DNA of 62,286 nucleotides, the filler included, from Basidiobolus ranarum (lineage: Eukaryota), in NCBI GenBank assembly GCA_040143965.1. It is 31 parts of 31 records of this genome, joined end to end, with 100 filler letters (N's around TTAATTAATTAA, not from the genome) between each part and the next. Parts side by side here need not be neighbours in the genome. Positions count along the whole stretch, not along the records: positions 48,343 to 50,250 come from JASJQH010010985.1; positions 50,351 to 52,258 come from JASJQH010010986.1; positions 52,359 to 54,265 come from JASJQH010010987.1; positions 54,366 to 56,271 come from JASJQH010010988.1; positions 56,372 to 58,277 come from JASJQH010010989.1; positions 58,378 to 60,282 come from JASJQH010010990.1; 25 more parts are not named here. One strand, 5' to 3'. Numbering within the stretch: position 1 is the stretch's first letter; the number at the start of each line of letters is the position of its first letter. Below the pieces are notes generated by a model that saw only the letters and a list, made by a program, of their open reading frames with translations, made no database searches and was not told the DNA's origin. Positions 48,243 to 60,382 of this stretch are shown here, piece by piece. The position numbers and the translations under genes were made by a program.

Positions 48243-48342
48243 NNNNNNNNNNNNNNNNNNNNNNNNNNNNNNNNNNNNNNNNNNNNTTAATTAATTAANN
48301 NNNNNNNNNNNNNNNNNNNNNNNNNNNNNNNNNNNNNNNNNN

Positions 48343-50250
48343 AGTTGCAGGAACATGTGTGCAAAGTTTGGGGCTTCTAGCATAAGTTTGAAAAATCTAT
48401 ATATCTGAGAACTTCTAAATTGGTTAAAGCATCCTAAATAAATTTCAACTGAAAACAATAGATAATATCTTAGTGAAATATAAGATAACTAACTACTTAG
48501 CTATATATGACTGCATAGGTGTTTAGGCAATGCTAGTTTCAGCAAAATCTTGATTCATCAGACCAGATCATCATGCCCCATTGTTTGTTGGTCCAGTTGT
48601 CATGTTTTTTGACCTATTTTTATCTCTTTTTTCTCTGTATTACAGAGCCTAGGCTTGCTTGCAGGAGAGGAGTGTTTGAGTCCCAACTGTTGATCCATTC
48701 TTTTATGGTTGAATAACAAGCAGCTCTACCCATCAAGAGGAGCCTGTCTCTAATCATCTAAATTGTCTGAAAAGGATCTTTTCTGATTATGTGCTTCAAA
48801 TAGTACTTTATATACTTGGCAAAGGTAGATGGTCTACCCATGCTCTTCCCTGCCCAAGTGGTGCCAGTTTCAGCTATTCAACCAATTGCACTTTGCACAG
48901 TTGGGCACTTGATGTGAATAATGGTTGAAATATCATGCTGACTGATTCCAAGCTGCTGCAAGTAGAAAACCATGGTCAATTTCATTTTTTTTACTTCTTG
49001 TTCTGATCCTTAGGGATCCTGCAATCTTTTAATGGGAATTTCAACAGTTTTAGTCTGATTGTGACCTAATGAAATAGCTTGAAGTAAAAGTGAAGAAAAG
49101 GAAAATATGCTTGATATTAGGAGTTGACAAACATTATTTACCCTGACTGTAGATGTTTGAATCATTTTATCAGACACTATAGAGAGAAAATTCATTCTGC
49201 TTACATATTGTTCCATGGAACACTTCATTACTGATTTATTAGCAGAACCATTAGCAAGGTAGAAATTTGAGAGATTTAGGCCTTCCTTGGGATTAGCTTA
49301 TAAGGTGAGAATGAAATAAGCCTTACCACATATGTATTCATGTATAGTATAGTGTTTTGTAATTCCAGATCTCACTAGGATATTAGTCACTATTTGTAAT
49401 TGGAATTTACTGATATTATTTTACCAGCTTTGAAGTTCTTAGGTAACTAAATTTTTCAAACTTCACTAAAAGCCCAAAATTTTGCATTCATGTTCCCAGG
49501 ACCTTTCTTAATATATTCTCCATGGCTATTTGTTTACAGCTTGGCAAAATTACATATATCACCTTTTTATGAAATCAACCAGTCAATACCAACTATTCCT
49601 CTACTTCTCCAAACCACTTCCAACAGACTCCCATAATGATTTTACAGGAATCTGTTGAACCAGTGAACTGTATTTTTTAGTCTTATTTGGCAGTCAAATA
49701 TAGGAAAGATGCTAATAAATTATCCCTGTTGGAGCGTACTTGACTTGATATTGTGATTTTAGCTCAGCAGCAAAAATCCTTCTTCTAAAATCTATAATCC
49801 ATTTGGCTGGTTTTGGGCAACATTTACAGATCATGGGTTTCCAATTAGGGGCACTATTACTTAGGCCTGTGGGATGTCTTAAAGCTTGGAGATACTCCTG
49901 ATTTGCATAATTATGCTAGAAATCAGACCACCTTAATATCTCATTTAAAAGCCTTGCACCAATGTATTCCATTGCTATTTGTTCTGATTTTAAATCTAGG
50001 GCAATTATGAGGTTCCTTAGATAGCTAGCTTAGGGCTCATAATTGCTTTTCCAGGACAGAATTTAATACTGCAATGTTAGTTTTTAAGTACTCCAACTGA
50101 AAATAGATTTGTCATAAATCATACAATGTATGCAATATCTTCAAAAGTTGCCACTACACTTTTATTTTCATATTTTCAAGGCCAGTATACTTCTGAATTA
50201 TTTTTGCTACTATTCTATATGTAGATATATATGTTTCAATTTAGAATACA
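48343..50250. mobile_element. Heavily decayed retroelement mosaic, including copia RNase H end and LTR (about 49140-49650, +)
   Basis: YCSMEHFITDLLAEPLAR*KFERFR. The LTR motif ccaaaccacttccaacagac is shared with 2176-2195 and 5850-5870. Almost no CpG. Confidence 0.65.
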
Positions 50251-50350
50251 NNNNNNNNNNNNNNNNNNNNNNNNNNNNNNNNNNNNNNNNNNNNTTAATT
50301 AATTAANNNNNNNNNNNNNNNNNNNNNNNNNNNNNNNNNNNNNNNNNNNN

Positions 50351-50934
50351 AAGTCCCAGCAGTCCTAAGGTGGTTAACAGCGATGGAAGTTGAAGTACGA
50401 CATCGGTTGCTGATTCCGGATACAGTTTGTCCATAACATTTGCTGTAATAAGCCCCGTGGAGAAGAACGTAGCTGTAGCAACGATGGAGCGTGGAGAAAG
50501 TCGAGACACACCACAGATCATATGTCCACTCGTACACCCAGATCCCAACTATACAAATGTGGAGAAGAGAAAGAAGGAAAATAATTAGTTTGCTGAATTC
50601 AAAACTAAAGGAGCATGAATCTGAACAAATATAATGCTGTTTAAGTAGCTTTACTAACCCTACTGCCAAGGCCTACTAAAAGTCCTCCAACGACGGAGAT
50701 CAGAATACTTGGCTGTACAGACGTGGGTGGCGAAGGAGTGAAAAATCCAACCAGAGCAGCTGAAGAAACCATTCCAGTAATGAAATATCTTCGCCAAACA
50801 CCCTCATTTCCTTCTTTTGCACAACCGGCAAAGATACCGCTCGCTCCCATGATGCGGCCGTTACAAGCCAGAAGCTGATAGGCCGCTGTACTTAGTAATA
50901 AACCACCAGAAAGTGCTTCTACGGGCGTGAACAT
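50351..50934 (-). CDS. YeeE/YedE (TsuA-like thiosulfate/sulfur transport) membrane protein, 5' part (exons 50659-50934, 50351-50548)
   Basis: [24 protein letters not shown], and [10 protein letters not shown] spliced to [25 protein letters not shown]. Intron at 50549-50658. Confidence 0.92.
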
Positions 50935-52358
50935 TGTTATTTCTCTATTTTGAATTTAAGATTCTTCACAAGACTGAATATATACCTGAACATTGCTTTT
51001 AGCAACAGGATTTTCTTGGGGTAAGAATGTCTAGAGCCCATGACTTATGATTAATCTTAGTAAGCATATCCGTACTAGCCAAATTTTGAGGCTTCAAACT
51101 TCTCGCTAATTTTCTTGATCTGGTTAGGTGGTTAATATATTATCCATAGATTCTTAAAACATAGGATTTTCCGATACATGAATTCGGACATTATAAAGCA
51201 CTATTACATATTTGGTCACTGCAAATATTCTGTGTGATGTCATTGAGTGATATTTTACTGACTTTATTGAATCTCACCAGTTTCTAGTTAGAATCGGGAA
51301 GTATTTTTCGCAAATGAGGATTGTCAAAGTTCGCCACAATAGGCCCGAATTAAATTACTTAATACTGTTCCTTGTTTAATCAGAATCTAACAATTCAGGA
51401 GGGTTTTCAGTCTACCAAGGAGTTGAGTTTAACAAAAAAGTGCTATATAGAAGACATAATGTACGACCAAACTATCAGGAGTAGCTAGATGGTAAATAGG
51501 CAAGTTAAGATAGTTTCTACTGATGTACATATTCTGACATCTCGTTTTTGCAAGGTGTATTGATACCAAGATTCCAGTCGTTATTTTCAGTTTGGTGAAA
51601 ATAGCACCCAGTCCTTTTCACTTGTCTATTCTTGATACTTTGGCTAAGACTCTCTGTCACTTCACTCTGGGATATAGCATACACTTTAGATATTGTAGTA
51701 AGAGTAACACAGAGTGACGGTAAAAGGTGAGGATTTGTGAGGTATAGTCCTCTCCGTGTAAAAAGAAAAAAACGGTATTGAATGATCTCTGATTAAAAAT
51801 GAAAGCATGGTGTTTGAAATATGTTTCTCCATACACTCACTATGTATATATCATACATATTGACAGTATTAAAAGAAGTTTGCTTACTCATAGTGTAAAG
51901 GTTAATATTGCAGTTTTTACTTACTCTAGGAAGATACACATTTCCAAGCCAGATTAGGTCTTTTCCAAGTAGTGAAAGTATTAATCTCTCTAACAAACAG
52001 ATGTTTTTCTAAACTAAAACTTGAAATATCATTTTTAATATATTGTGGAACCAACACTCGCAATATTCATTCTCAAGGTATTGAAATACGTTTCCAATCT
52101 TGATCACAATGAAGCCATTAATGCTTGTTTGAAATAGAAACTTGAACCTTTACTTTAGAAAACAGTAGAGCTTATTATAATATTCTGGATTCAAAGCATG
52201 CTTCTACTGATGCGTCAAGCAACAAACTGCAGTTGTAAGATTAGCAACATTGAATTAGNNNNNNNNNNNNNNNNNNNNNNNNNNNNNNNNNNNNNNNNNN
52301 NNTTAATTAATTAANNNNNNNNNNNNNNNNNNNNNNNNNNNNNNNNNNNNNNNNNNNN

Positions 52359-52512
52359 GCCAGGAGTTCCCTTATCAATCCATGGTGGGTGCTTTAATGT
52401 ATAAAATGTTTGAAACATGTCCAGACATTGCTGTGGCAGTGGGAACTATCAGCCAATATCTCAAAAATCCAGGATCTGAGCACAAAATTGCGGTAAAACA
52501 AATATTCAGATG
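52359..52512 (+). mobile_element. Ty1/copia RT C-terminal fragment
   Basis: FPYQSMVGALMY...CPDIAVAVGTISQYLKNPGSEHKIAVKQIFR. Confidence 0.88.
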
Positions 52513-52519
52513 CAAACAA

Positions 52520-54265
52520 ACCACAAACTAGAAAAGACAAGCCAATGCATACTGCAGTGAATTGACCTTGAGCCACAACTCATGCTGGCCAAGGTAGAGG
52601 AACTTCAGCAGGATCAAACAAACCAAAACAGTGCAGAGGTTCAAGCAAAGTTTCTTCTGTGGAAATATCAAAGAGACAACAAAATAACGGATGCAAATCA
52701 GCATGTACTGCTTCAAACCTGTGCAACTACTGAATGCTTTTGTCAATATTTATATTATCCTATCTTTATTGTTTAGCGCTTCATGCAAAATCAGCATGGA
52801 TTGCAGTTAAATATAGCATAAATTGCTTTAGTTGGATCACAATTGCTTATGTCTTTATGAAACACTGATAGTGTGAAATTGTCATATATCAAAAAAATCA
52901 ATGATAGCCTATTAATGCAAGCAATTTCATTACAATTTAATAAAAAATGTCTGTCAATAAAAAGCTTGTGAGGCTGTATCAGCTTGATATGGCTCAATCT
53001 GCTCACATTCTCACCCAATGAGAAGCTTACATGTTTGAAAGAATAACTTACTGATCTAAAAATGATTAATCAAGCAATCCTGATCATTACTATCATACAG
53101 CAGATTGATCCATCATCAAGTGCTGTGATTTGTCACTGGTGTGCCAAATTGCTCCTTTTTCATAACTGTTGGCCAATTGCTTGTGGATGCTGCTTAAATT
53201 GTGATATTGCAGCAATATTGCTTGTCATTGCCTGTATAGCATCTTTGTAATTATTACCTATGATTGCATACAAATCATGAACTGTTTGCACAAAATTGGC
53301 AATCACTGATTCAGATAAATATCATTCATATTTGGATAACATACCTTTGATTCCCCATCTTGAAGTTTTCCTGAAATGACCACATATAGATCATTGATCC
53401 AATACCAAAGTACTCACTACAAAGCTGATTGTATTACCAATATACTTGAAGGATATCACTAACAGAATCTGAAAAGTCAAGGTTTATTTGAGAACATGTA
53501 TGATCATGCATTTGCATTGGCTCTGAATGGTTTTGCACTAAAAAAATATATCCTTAGAAAGGCTTGCTGGCCAATAATTTTTACTGTCTTATATCTTCCT
53601 CCTTCTAGACAGTATTCTGAGTCATAATATTTGAATACTATCCATCATACCTGGATCAAAATCATTGGTGCTTACAGATAAATTCTTGGAGCCTTTGATT
53701 GCAGCATTTGAACAGTTATCTGATGGGTTCATGTGGGTGAGTATTTTTTCAAAGCTAATATCATTGTATGTATTGGTGACACTCCTGTCATCAGTTAACT
53801 TGGAGGTTTTCACAGGCACAATGCACTATCTTGCTGTAGATTTTGTCAAATCAATGGAGTTTACACTACCATGCATCCACATTACTATGATTGAAATACA
53901 ACACTAAACTCCACAATTTTACCATCAAGTGCCTGGTCAGATTTCAACATGATCACTGATATCAAAGCTAATTTGTCACCTTTGTAATTGCTGGTTTCTT
54001 TGATATATTTTCCTAAATTTTTATAGAGTTCTTCATACCCAAGGTTTAGCTCATACCCAGCACAAGTTTGTATCAATATCTCCATCCAAGCCCACCATTG
54101 AATTAATATTGCTGAATCAACATTCTTGCAGCCATCTGGCAGTTAACCTGCAATATTGTGCCACTCTGTATTAAGTTCTTCCCATATATCTGCATGGTCA
54201 ACACCAGACTGAATGTCAAGTTGAATGTTCTTCTTCTGACGCCACTTTCTGCATACTTGCACTGC
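52520..54265 (+). mobile_element. CACTA transposase N-terminal half (to about 53965), joined to ORF2 3' part in reverse
   Basis: Tnp2 motifs LALNGFAL...ACWPIIFTVLYLPP, IPGSK...DKFLEPLIAAFEQLSDG and GDTPVIS*LGGFHRHNALSCCRFC; overlaps 8080-8370. Confidence 0.82.
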
Positions 54266-54365
54266 NNNNNNNNNNNNNNNNNNNNNNNNNNNNNNNNNNN
54301 NNNNNNNNNTTAATTAATTAANNNNNNNNNNNNNNNNNNNNNNNNNNNNNNNNNNNNNNNNNNNN

Positions 54366-55507
54366 ATATCTGCAGGCATATTGGTTGCCTGCTTCATCAT
54401 TCTGGCCTAAAAGAGCACCTGCTCCAATAGGACTTGAGTCAACTGTGAGTATTGGTGGCCTAGTGGCATCTGCATAGTCTAGTGCCTTAAGCATTGGATG
54501 TGATGTTAGTGCTTGCCTCAGCTTCTCCAAAGCAGCATCTTGATCAAGTCCCCATTCTAACTTAACATTCTTTCTCTGTAGTTGGTATATGGGTTCTGCA
54601 ATTTCAGACAAATTGGGAATCCACATTCTAAAAAATCCACAAGCAGCCACAAATCCTCTTGCTTGGGTTAAGTTGCTTGATGTTGGCCATGTGAGAAGTT
54701 TCTCAATCTTTGATGATCCTGGTGTTCTTCCATGGATGTCACATTTCTGCCCAACTATAGATATTTCTGTCATTCCTTAGTCACTTCTCTCACCACTTAT
54801 AGTGTGTATAGCCTTCTCATTTTTAGTCAAAATTTGGTCAATGTTTTGTATATGGTCATATACAAATCTTCTTACTTCTGGGAGGACTTTAGTTGTGTCC
54901 TTGATAGGTGATATTTTATGCCAATGTCACATTCAAATACTGCTAACTTGTCTGGGATGCACTTGTAAAGGACATGGACCATCATGCATTGAGACTGTAG
55001 CAGAGTTAGTTCCACCTTGGCTGAGTCTTGTCATTCTTAGTAGCCCAAACATGTCTTTTGAGGTTTCATCAATATGTATTTGGTCATATCCTGAGTATAG
55101 ATCATAGGTTGAATATATGGAAGCTCTTGCAAAGCTCTCTGCAAACTCATAAATTGAAGGAGGCACTGCAGCATCCCTGATTGTTACTGCATTGGCTGGC
55201 TGCATGTTTTGTACTAAACCCAGTTTGCCATTCTTCTTCCTCATGACAAATCAGTGGTTGGCATAAGGTCCATAGCATGTACTAGCATTCTAGCTTTAAT
55301 CTTACTCTTAAGAAGTGCATGCACATCTGGTTGCTGGCCTCTTGGTAGTGGGTAAGGTTTATAGCACCATGGTGTGTGTTCTACAGTGTGAATTTTATCA
55401 GTTTCTCAATTGAGGAAAGTAGTAGTCCCATTTCCTGGTTGTTGTAGGCAAAGACTTTGTCATGTCTGACAACTCTATCTCTGAAGAGTTCAACTTCCTG
55501 AGGGCTG
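54366..55507 (-). mobile_element. Second Ty3/gypsy lineage, degenerate RT-RNase H
   Basis: RKKNGKL, PPSIYEFAESFARASIYSTYDLYSGYDQ, RMTRLSQGGTNS, QARGFVAACGFFRMWIPN, ILTVDSSPIGAG. Confidence 0.88.
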
Positions 55508-56271
55508 CACTAACAAAAATTAAATCAACTTGATCCGGATTAGATCCACCCTCCAAAATGGTGAAACCATCAGAGAACTGTCACAATACTGATGGCTTGC
55601 ATTCTGCCAGGGATTCTGATGGTGTGACAGTAGTTTCTTGATGGTACTTTGATGGTATTCACACATGTTGAATTATTGATCCTCAAATTTGGCATGTGTT
55701 ATTCAATATCTGGCAATTTTTGAAAAGATATAATTTTTGAATGGCCAATGACTGGGTTTACTGCTGTAGGAATTTGAGTTAATATGCATGCCTTTATTTA
55801 GAAATTTTAGGCTTTGTATTCCAGCCATAACAAGAATCAAAAAATATAAGAATTTTGTTGTGTTTAGTCTCTACATATGCATATACTTAACTGATTACAC
55901 ATAACTCAACAACATCAATATGCTTTATCAGCACACTAATGGTGGAAAAATTGCTAAACATCTGATATTTTGAATAGTACTGAAACTTGGCAAATAGCTG
56001 ACTCTTGTTACCATTCACAATGAGAATAAGCTCTTGGATTTTGGCAAATTTCTGTAAAGAATGGAGCCAATATATCCCCAACTTGCAGTCAACAAATGTC
56101 CTGCCACAAGTAGATGTGTCATTGCTTGAATAGGTTATCCCATGGCTAAAACAATAATATTGCATATCTTGATCAATCTCACCAAGAAGTGTGTCTTAAA
56201 GCTTTCCTAAAAATACCATCAGATTATCACACAAGCAAATTAGTCCAATTATAGAGGTATCTACTCTGTGT
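55508..56271 (-). mobile_element. CACTA transposase-side end inserted into the gypsy element
   Basis: Begins CACTAACAAAAA, followed by the GATCCACCCTCC motif and the transposase C-terminus on the minus strand. Confidence 0.85.
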
Positions 56272-56371
56272 NNNNNNNNNNNNNNNNNNNNNNNNNNNNN
56301 NNNNNNNNNNNNNNNTTAATTAATTAANNNNNNNNNNNNNNNNNNNNNNNNNNNNNNNNNNNNNNNNNNNN

Positions 56372-56833
56372 ATCTTATCTGCTGTGCCATCTCTTCTTGG
56401 CAATCTGGTGTTAGTTCATCCAGATTACCATATATGGATGTCATGTTCTTCGGAACATTCCATGAAACCTAACCAATCTTGTCATCCCACACATAGTGTA
56501 TTTCTGCCAAGACCTTCCATGGAAGGTCACCTTATCATCCTTACATCATCCCTCTTTGTATTGGTCCTTGCAGTTCCTAGCACCCCAACTCTCAAACTTG
56601 CCACAGTATATTCCCTATTCAGTATATTATGTTTCACCTTGCAATATCTGTATAAGCCCCATGTATTCCTTGATCAGACCTCAGTTTGATCAACACCAGT
56701 TATCAATGAAGACTCTTGCCAAAATATCTTCCTTGTCCAGTCTTTTCTTGTCTTGTGGTCTACACCCAAGTACTCTCCTGCCTTCAGCCTCTTGTTGTTG
56801 TTTCCAGACCTTGTCCAGTTCCTTATTGTGACA
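56372..56833 (+). repeat. Chromovirus LTR, 3' part
   Basis: Collinear with 13690-14030 and 45655-46080. Ends GTGACA, the inverse of the TGTCA start. Confidence 0.8.
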
Positions 56834-56899
56834 TTACTACTATCCAAATTCACAACTAAACTCCTGGATTTTCCCAGCACTGTCAAATTTCAACTTAAT

Positions 56900-58277
56900 C
56901 ACTGATCATAATTCACCCAATAGTCAGTCTAACATCTAACTTGGTATTAGCTGTAAGCCTAAGATTAAATTGCTAAAGGGGATCAGCTGGAGCCATAGCT
57001 TCCCATCAGGCACTGTGCACTTACTATTCAACAACATCCCAATACTAGTTACTAAGCTATAGAGTGGAAAATTCAACATGAATGAGCCATTCAAGATGAG
57101 ATCAAAGTTTAAATTGATTGGGATAGTCATTGAAAACATCAAGATACCATCATATTTTACCTGAACTCCCATCAACATCCACTCATCTAGGCATTTATTC
57201 AAATGCAATGACTGGAAGTATTGCATTTTCTTGACATAAATAAGATTGATTTAATCCAGATTGAATCCACCCTCCAAAATAGCAAAACCATCTGAGAACC
57301 ATCACAATATTGGCAGCTTGCATTCTGCCAGGGTTTTTGATGGTGTGATGGCAGTTTCTTGATGGTATTTTGACAGTATTCATACATATTGAAGTATTGA
57401 TCCTCATATTTGGTATGTGTTATGCAATAGCAGGCAATGTTTGCAAAAATCTAATTTTTGAATGGCAAATTATTGGGTTTATTGCTGTAGGAATTCAAAT
57501 TATTATGCATGCCTTTATTTAGATATTTAGGCTTTGTATTCCAGCCATAATGGGAATCAAAAATACAGAATCTTGTGGTGTTTAGTCTCTACATATGCAC
57601 ATACTTGACTGATTAGACATAACTCAACAATAGCAATATGCTTCACCAGCAAACTAATGGTGGAAAAATTGCTAAACATCTGAAATTTTGAATAGTACTG
57701 ACACTTGGCAAATGGCTGACTCTTTTAACCATTCACAACAAGAATAAGCTCATGGATTCAGGCAAATTTCCATAAAGAATTCAGCCAATATATCCCCAAC
57801 TTGCAGTCAATAAATGACCTGCCACAAGCAGATGTGTCATTGCTCAAATAGATTACCCCATGGCTAAAACAATAATCTGCATGTCTTGATCTCTCTCACC
57901 AAGAAGTCTGTCTTGCAGCCTTCCTAAGAATACCTCAGATTATTACACAAACAAATTAGTCCAAATTATACATATACTTACTCTCTGTCCATGGATTGGG
58001 CTTTGTTGCTGTCATTGTGCTCAAACAATGCAAAAACCTGTGAGCACATTGAAAAGAGCCCTTTGTTGTAAGGTTAATATACTCTGGAGTTTTCTTAACC
58101 CATTGCATTGCATCTATCATTGATTTTTCTGATACATTGTTAATCAGATTACTATAAGATAATACTGATGGTTTCACACAAAGCATCATTTCACTGCAGG
58201 TGTGCTCCATTGGGAACTCCCAGAATGTATAGCAATGGCCTATAATCTCTAAACATTGTGAAAGATGCAGCAGGGAA
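56900..58277. mobile_element. Two CACTA transposase pieces in opposite orientation (56900-57225 +; 57230-58277 -)
   Basis: The first matches 8355-8685. The second runs from the terminal region through FWEFPMEHTC and SLLHLSQCL. Confidence 0.82.
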
Positions 58278-58719
58278 NNNNNNNNNNNNNNNNNNNNNNN
58301 NNNNNNNNNNNNNNNNNNNNNTTAATTAATTAANNNNNNNNNNNNNNNNNNNNNNNNNNNNNNNNNNNNNNNNNNNNCTGAGGATACTGATAATTTGGAA
58401 TCAGCTTCTGGAAATCAGCATATTATCTCTGCCAATGAAAAATATGGTAATCATAAAAAGGATATTTTTCAGCCAATCAGGAATCAGGAAATTGTGCTCA
58501 GAAACAAGGCAAAATTTTTCTAACCAATCAAATACCTAAGAAGTACCCTACCCTCAATTTGGCTGATATTGGATGCAATCAATTATTGGAATTATGCAAT
58601 CAATCACAACAAGTATTCAATCAATCACAAAATTCAGGCAATCAGATCTCAGACATCCTACTGAGTGGAAATCAAAAACATCCTATAAGTGAAACATCTG
58701 ACCATTCAAGCAATTTTCA

Positions 58720-60282
58720 GTTGACTATTTACTTACCATCATAAAGTTGTCAAGTTAAAATTTACTTTAATCAATTTTTCAGTTTCTGGTGGGAAACTTA
58801 AAGATCATGCAAAGTGGTTGCACATGATTGGCTACAATCTCAGAAAAATATGAATCAACATGTGTGCAAAGAACATAACTCCTATTTAATGCATTTGCCA
58901 CTTCAATGCAAATTTCCTTATCAGAAATTTGAGAATTGTTATTGTGGCAGAACAATCACAGTTTTAAGCCATTTTGGCTTCACTGTTTACTTTCCATCAT
59001 GAAATTGTCAAGTTAGATTTGATTTTAATCAATTTTTTCAGTTTCAGGAGTAAAATTTTGAGATGTCACAAAAAGGTTTCACATGATTGGCTACAACTCA
59101 GAGAGCTATGGATCAACACATGTGCAAAAACATAACCCTAATTTAACACATTTACCACTTGAATGCTAATTTGTCATCTTCCAAATCCCCAGTTTCTTTG
59201 CTATATTCTTCTGAATATTTTTGTAGAGTTCTTTATACCCAAGGTTTAACTCATATCTAACATGAGTTGGTATCAATATCTCCATCAAAGCCCACTATTG
59301 TATTAACATTGCTGAATCATCATTCTTCCAGCTATCTGGTGGATACCCTGCAATATTGTGTCACTCTGCATTAAGTTCTTCCCCAATATCTGCAAGGTCA
59401 ACACCAGATTGAATGTCAAGTTGAATATTCTTCTTCTGAAGCCACTTTCTGCATACTTGCAGATATGTTAGGCTTTGTATTCCAGCCATAATGAAAATCA
59501 AAAAATATACAAATCTTGTTGTCTTTAGTCTATACATATGCACATACTTGACTGATCAGACATAACTCAACAATATCAATATGCTTTACCAGCAAACTGA
59601 TGGTGGGAAAAGTGCTAAACATTGGAAATTTTGAATAACACTGACACTTGGTAAATAGGTAACTCTTATTACCATTCACAATCAGAATAAACACTTGGAT
59701 CTTGGCAAATATCCATAAGGAATTCAGCAAGTATATCCCCAACTTGCAGTCAACAAATGTCCTGCCTCAAGTAGATGTGTCATTGCTTGAATAGTTTCAG
59801 GAGTGAAATTTCAAGATCTCACAAATTAGTTGCGCATGATTGGCTACAATCTCAAAGAACTATTGATCAACTTATGTGCAGAAAACATAACTCAAATTTT
59901 ACACAATTACCACTAGAATGCTAATTTGTCACCTTTGAAATCCCTGGTCTCTTTGATATATTCACCTGACTACTTTTATAGAGTTCTTCATACCCAAGGT
60001 TTTGCTCATACCCAACACAAGTTTGTATCAATATCTCCATCAAAGCCCACCATGTATTAACATTGCTGAAGCAACATTCTTCCAGCTATCGGGCAGATAC
60101 CCTGCAATATTGTGCCACTCTGTATTAAGTTCTTCCCAGATATCTGCATGGTCAACACTGGACTGAATGTCAAGTTGAATGTTCTTCTTCTGAAGCCACT
60201 TTCTGCATACTTGCACAGCATTTTTCCCTTCATACTTTTGAAAATACTCCTTAAGCACTTTGACTATTTTTGTACATCCTTG
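58720..60282 (-). mobile_element. Patchwork of at least four CACTA fragments (three ORF2-side subterminal copies, one transposase piece)
   Basis: The subterminal block recurs at about 58720, 58916 and 59794; the transposase piece lies at 59461-59793. Confidence 0.8.
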
Positions 60283-60382
60283 NNNNNNNNNNNNNNNNNN
60301 NNNNNNNNNNNNNNNNNNNNNNNNNNTTAATTAATTAANNNNNNNNNNNNNNNNNNNNNNNNNNNNNNNNNNNNNNNNNNNN

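Noticed and set aside
16147..50934. Apparent metabolic cluster (HMG-CoA synthase, MFS transporters, NRPS-like gene, acyltransferase, GATA factor)
   Set aside because: The genes lie on different contigs ordered only by length, so no physical linkage is shown.
1921..60382. TTAATTAATTAA recurring about every 2 kb as a biological periodic repeat or CRISPR-like array
   Set aside because: It always sits in the middle of an N-run of fixed length between size-sorted contigs; it is an assembly linker.
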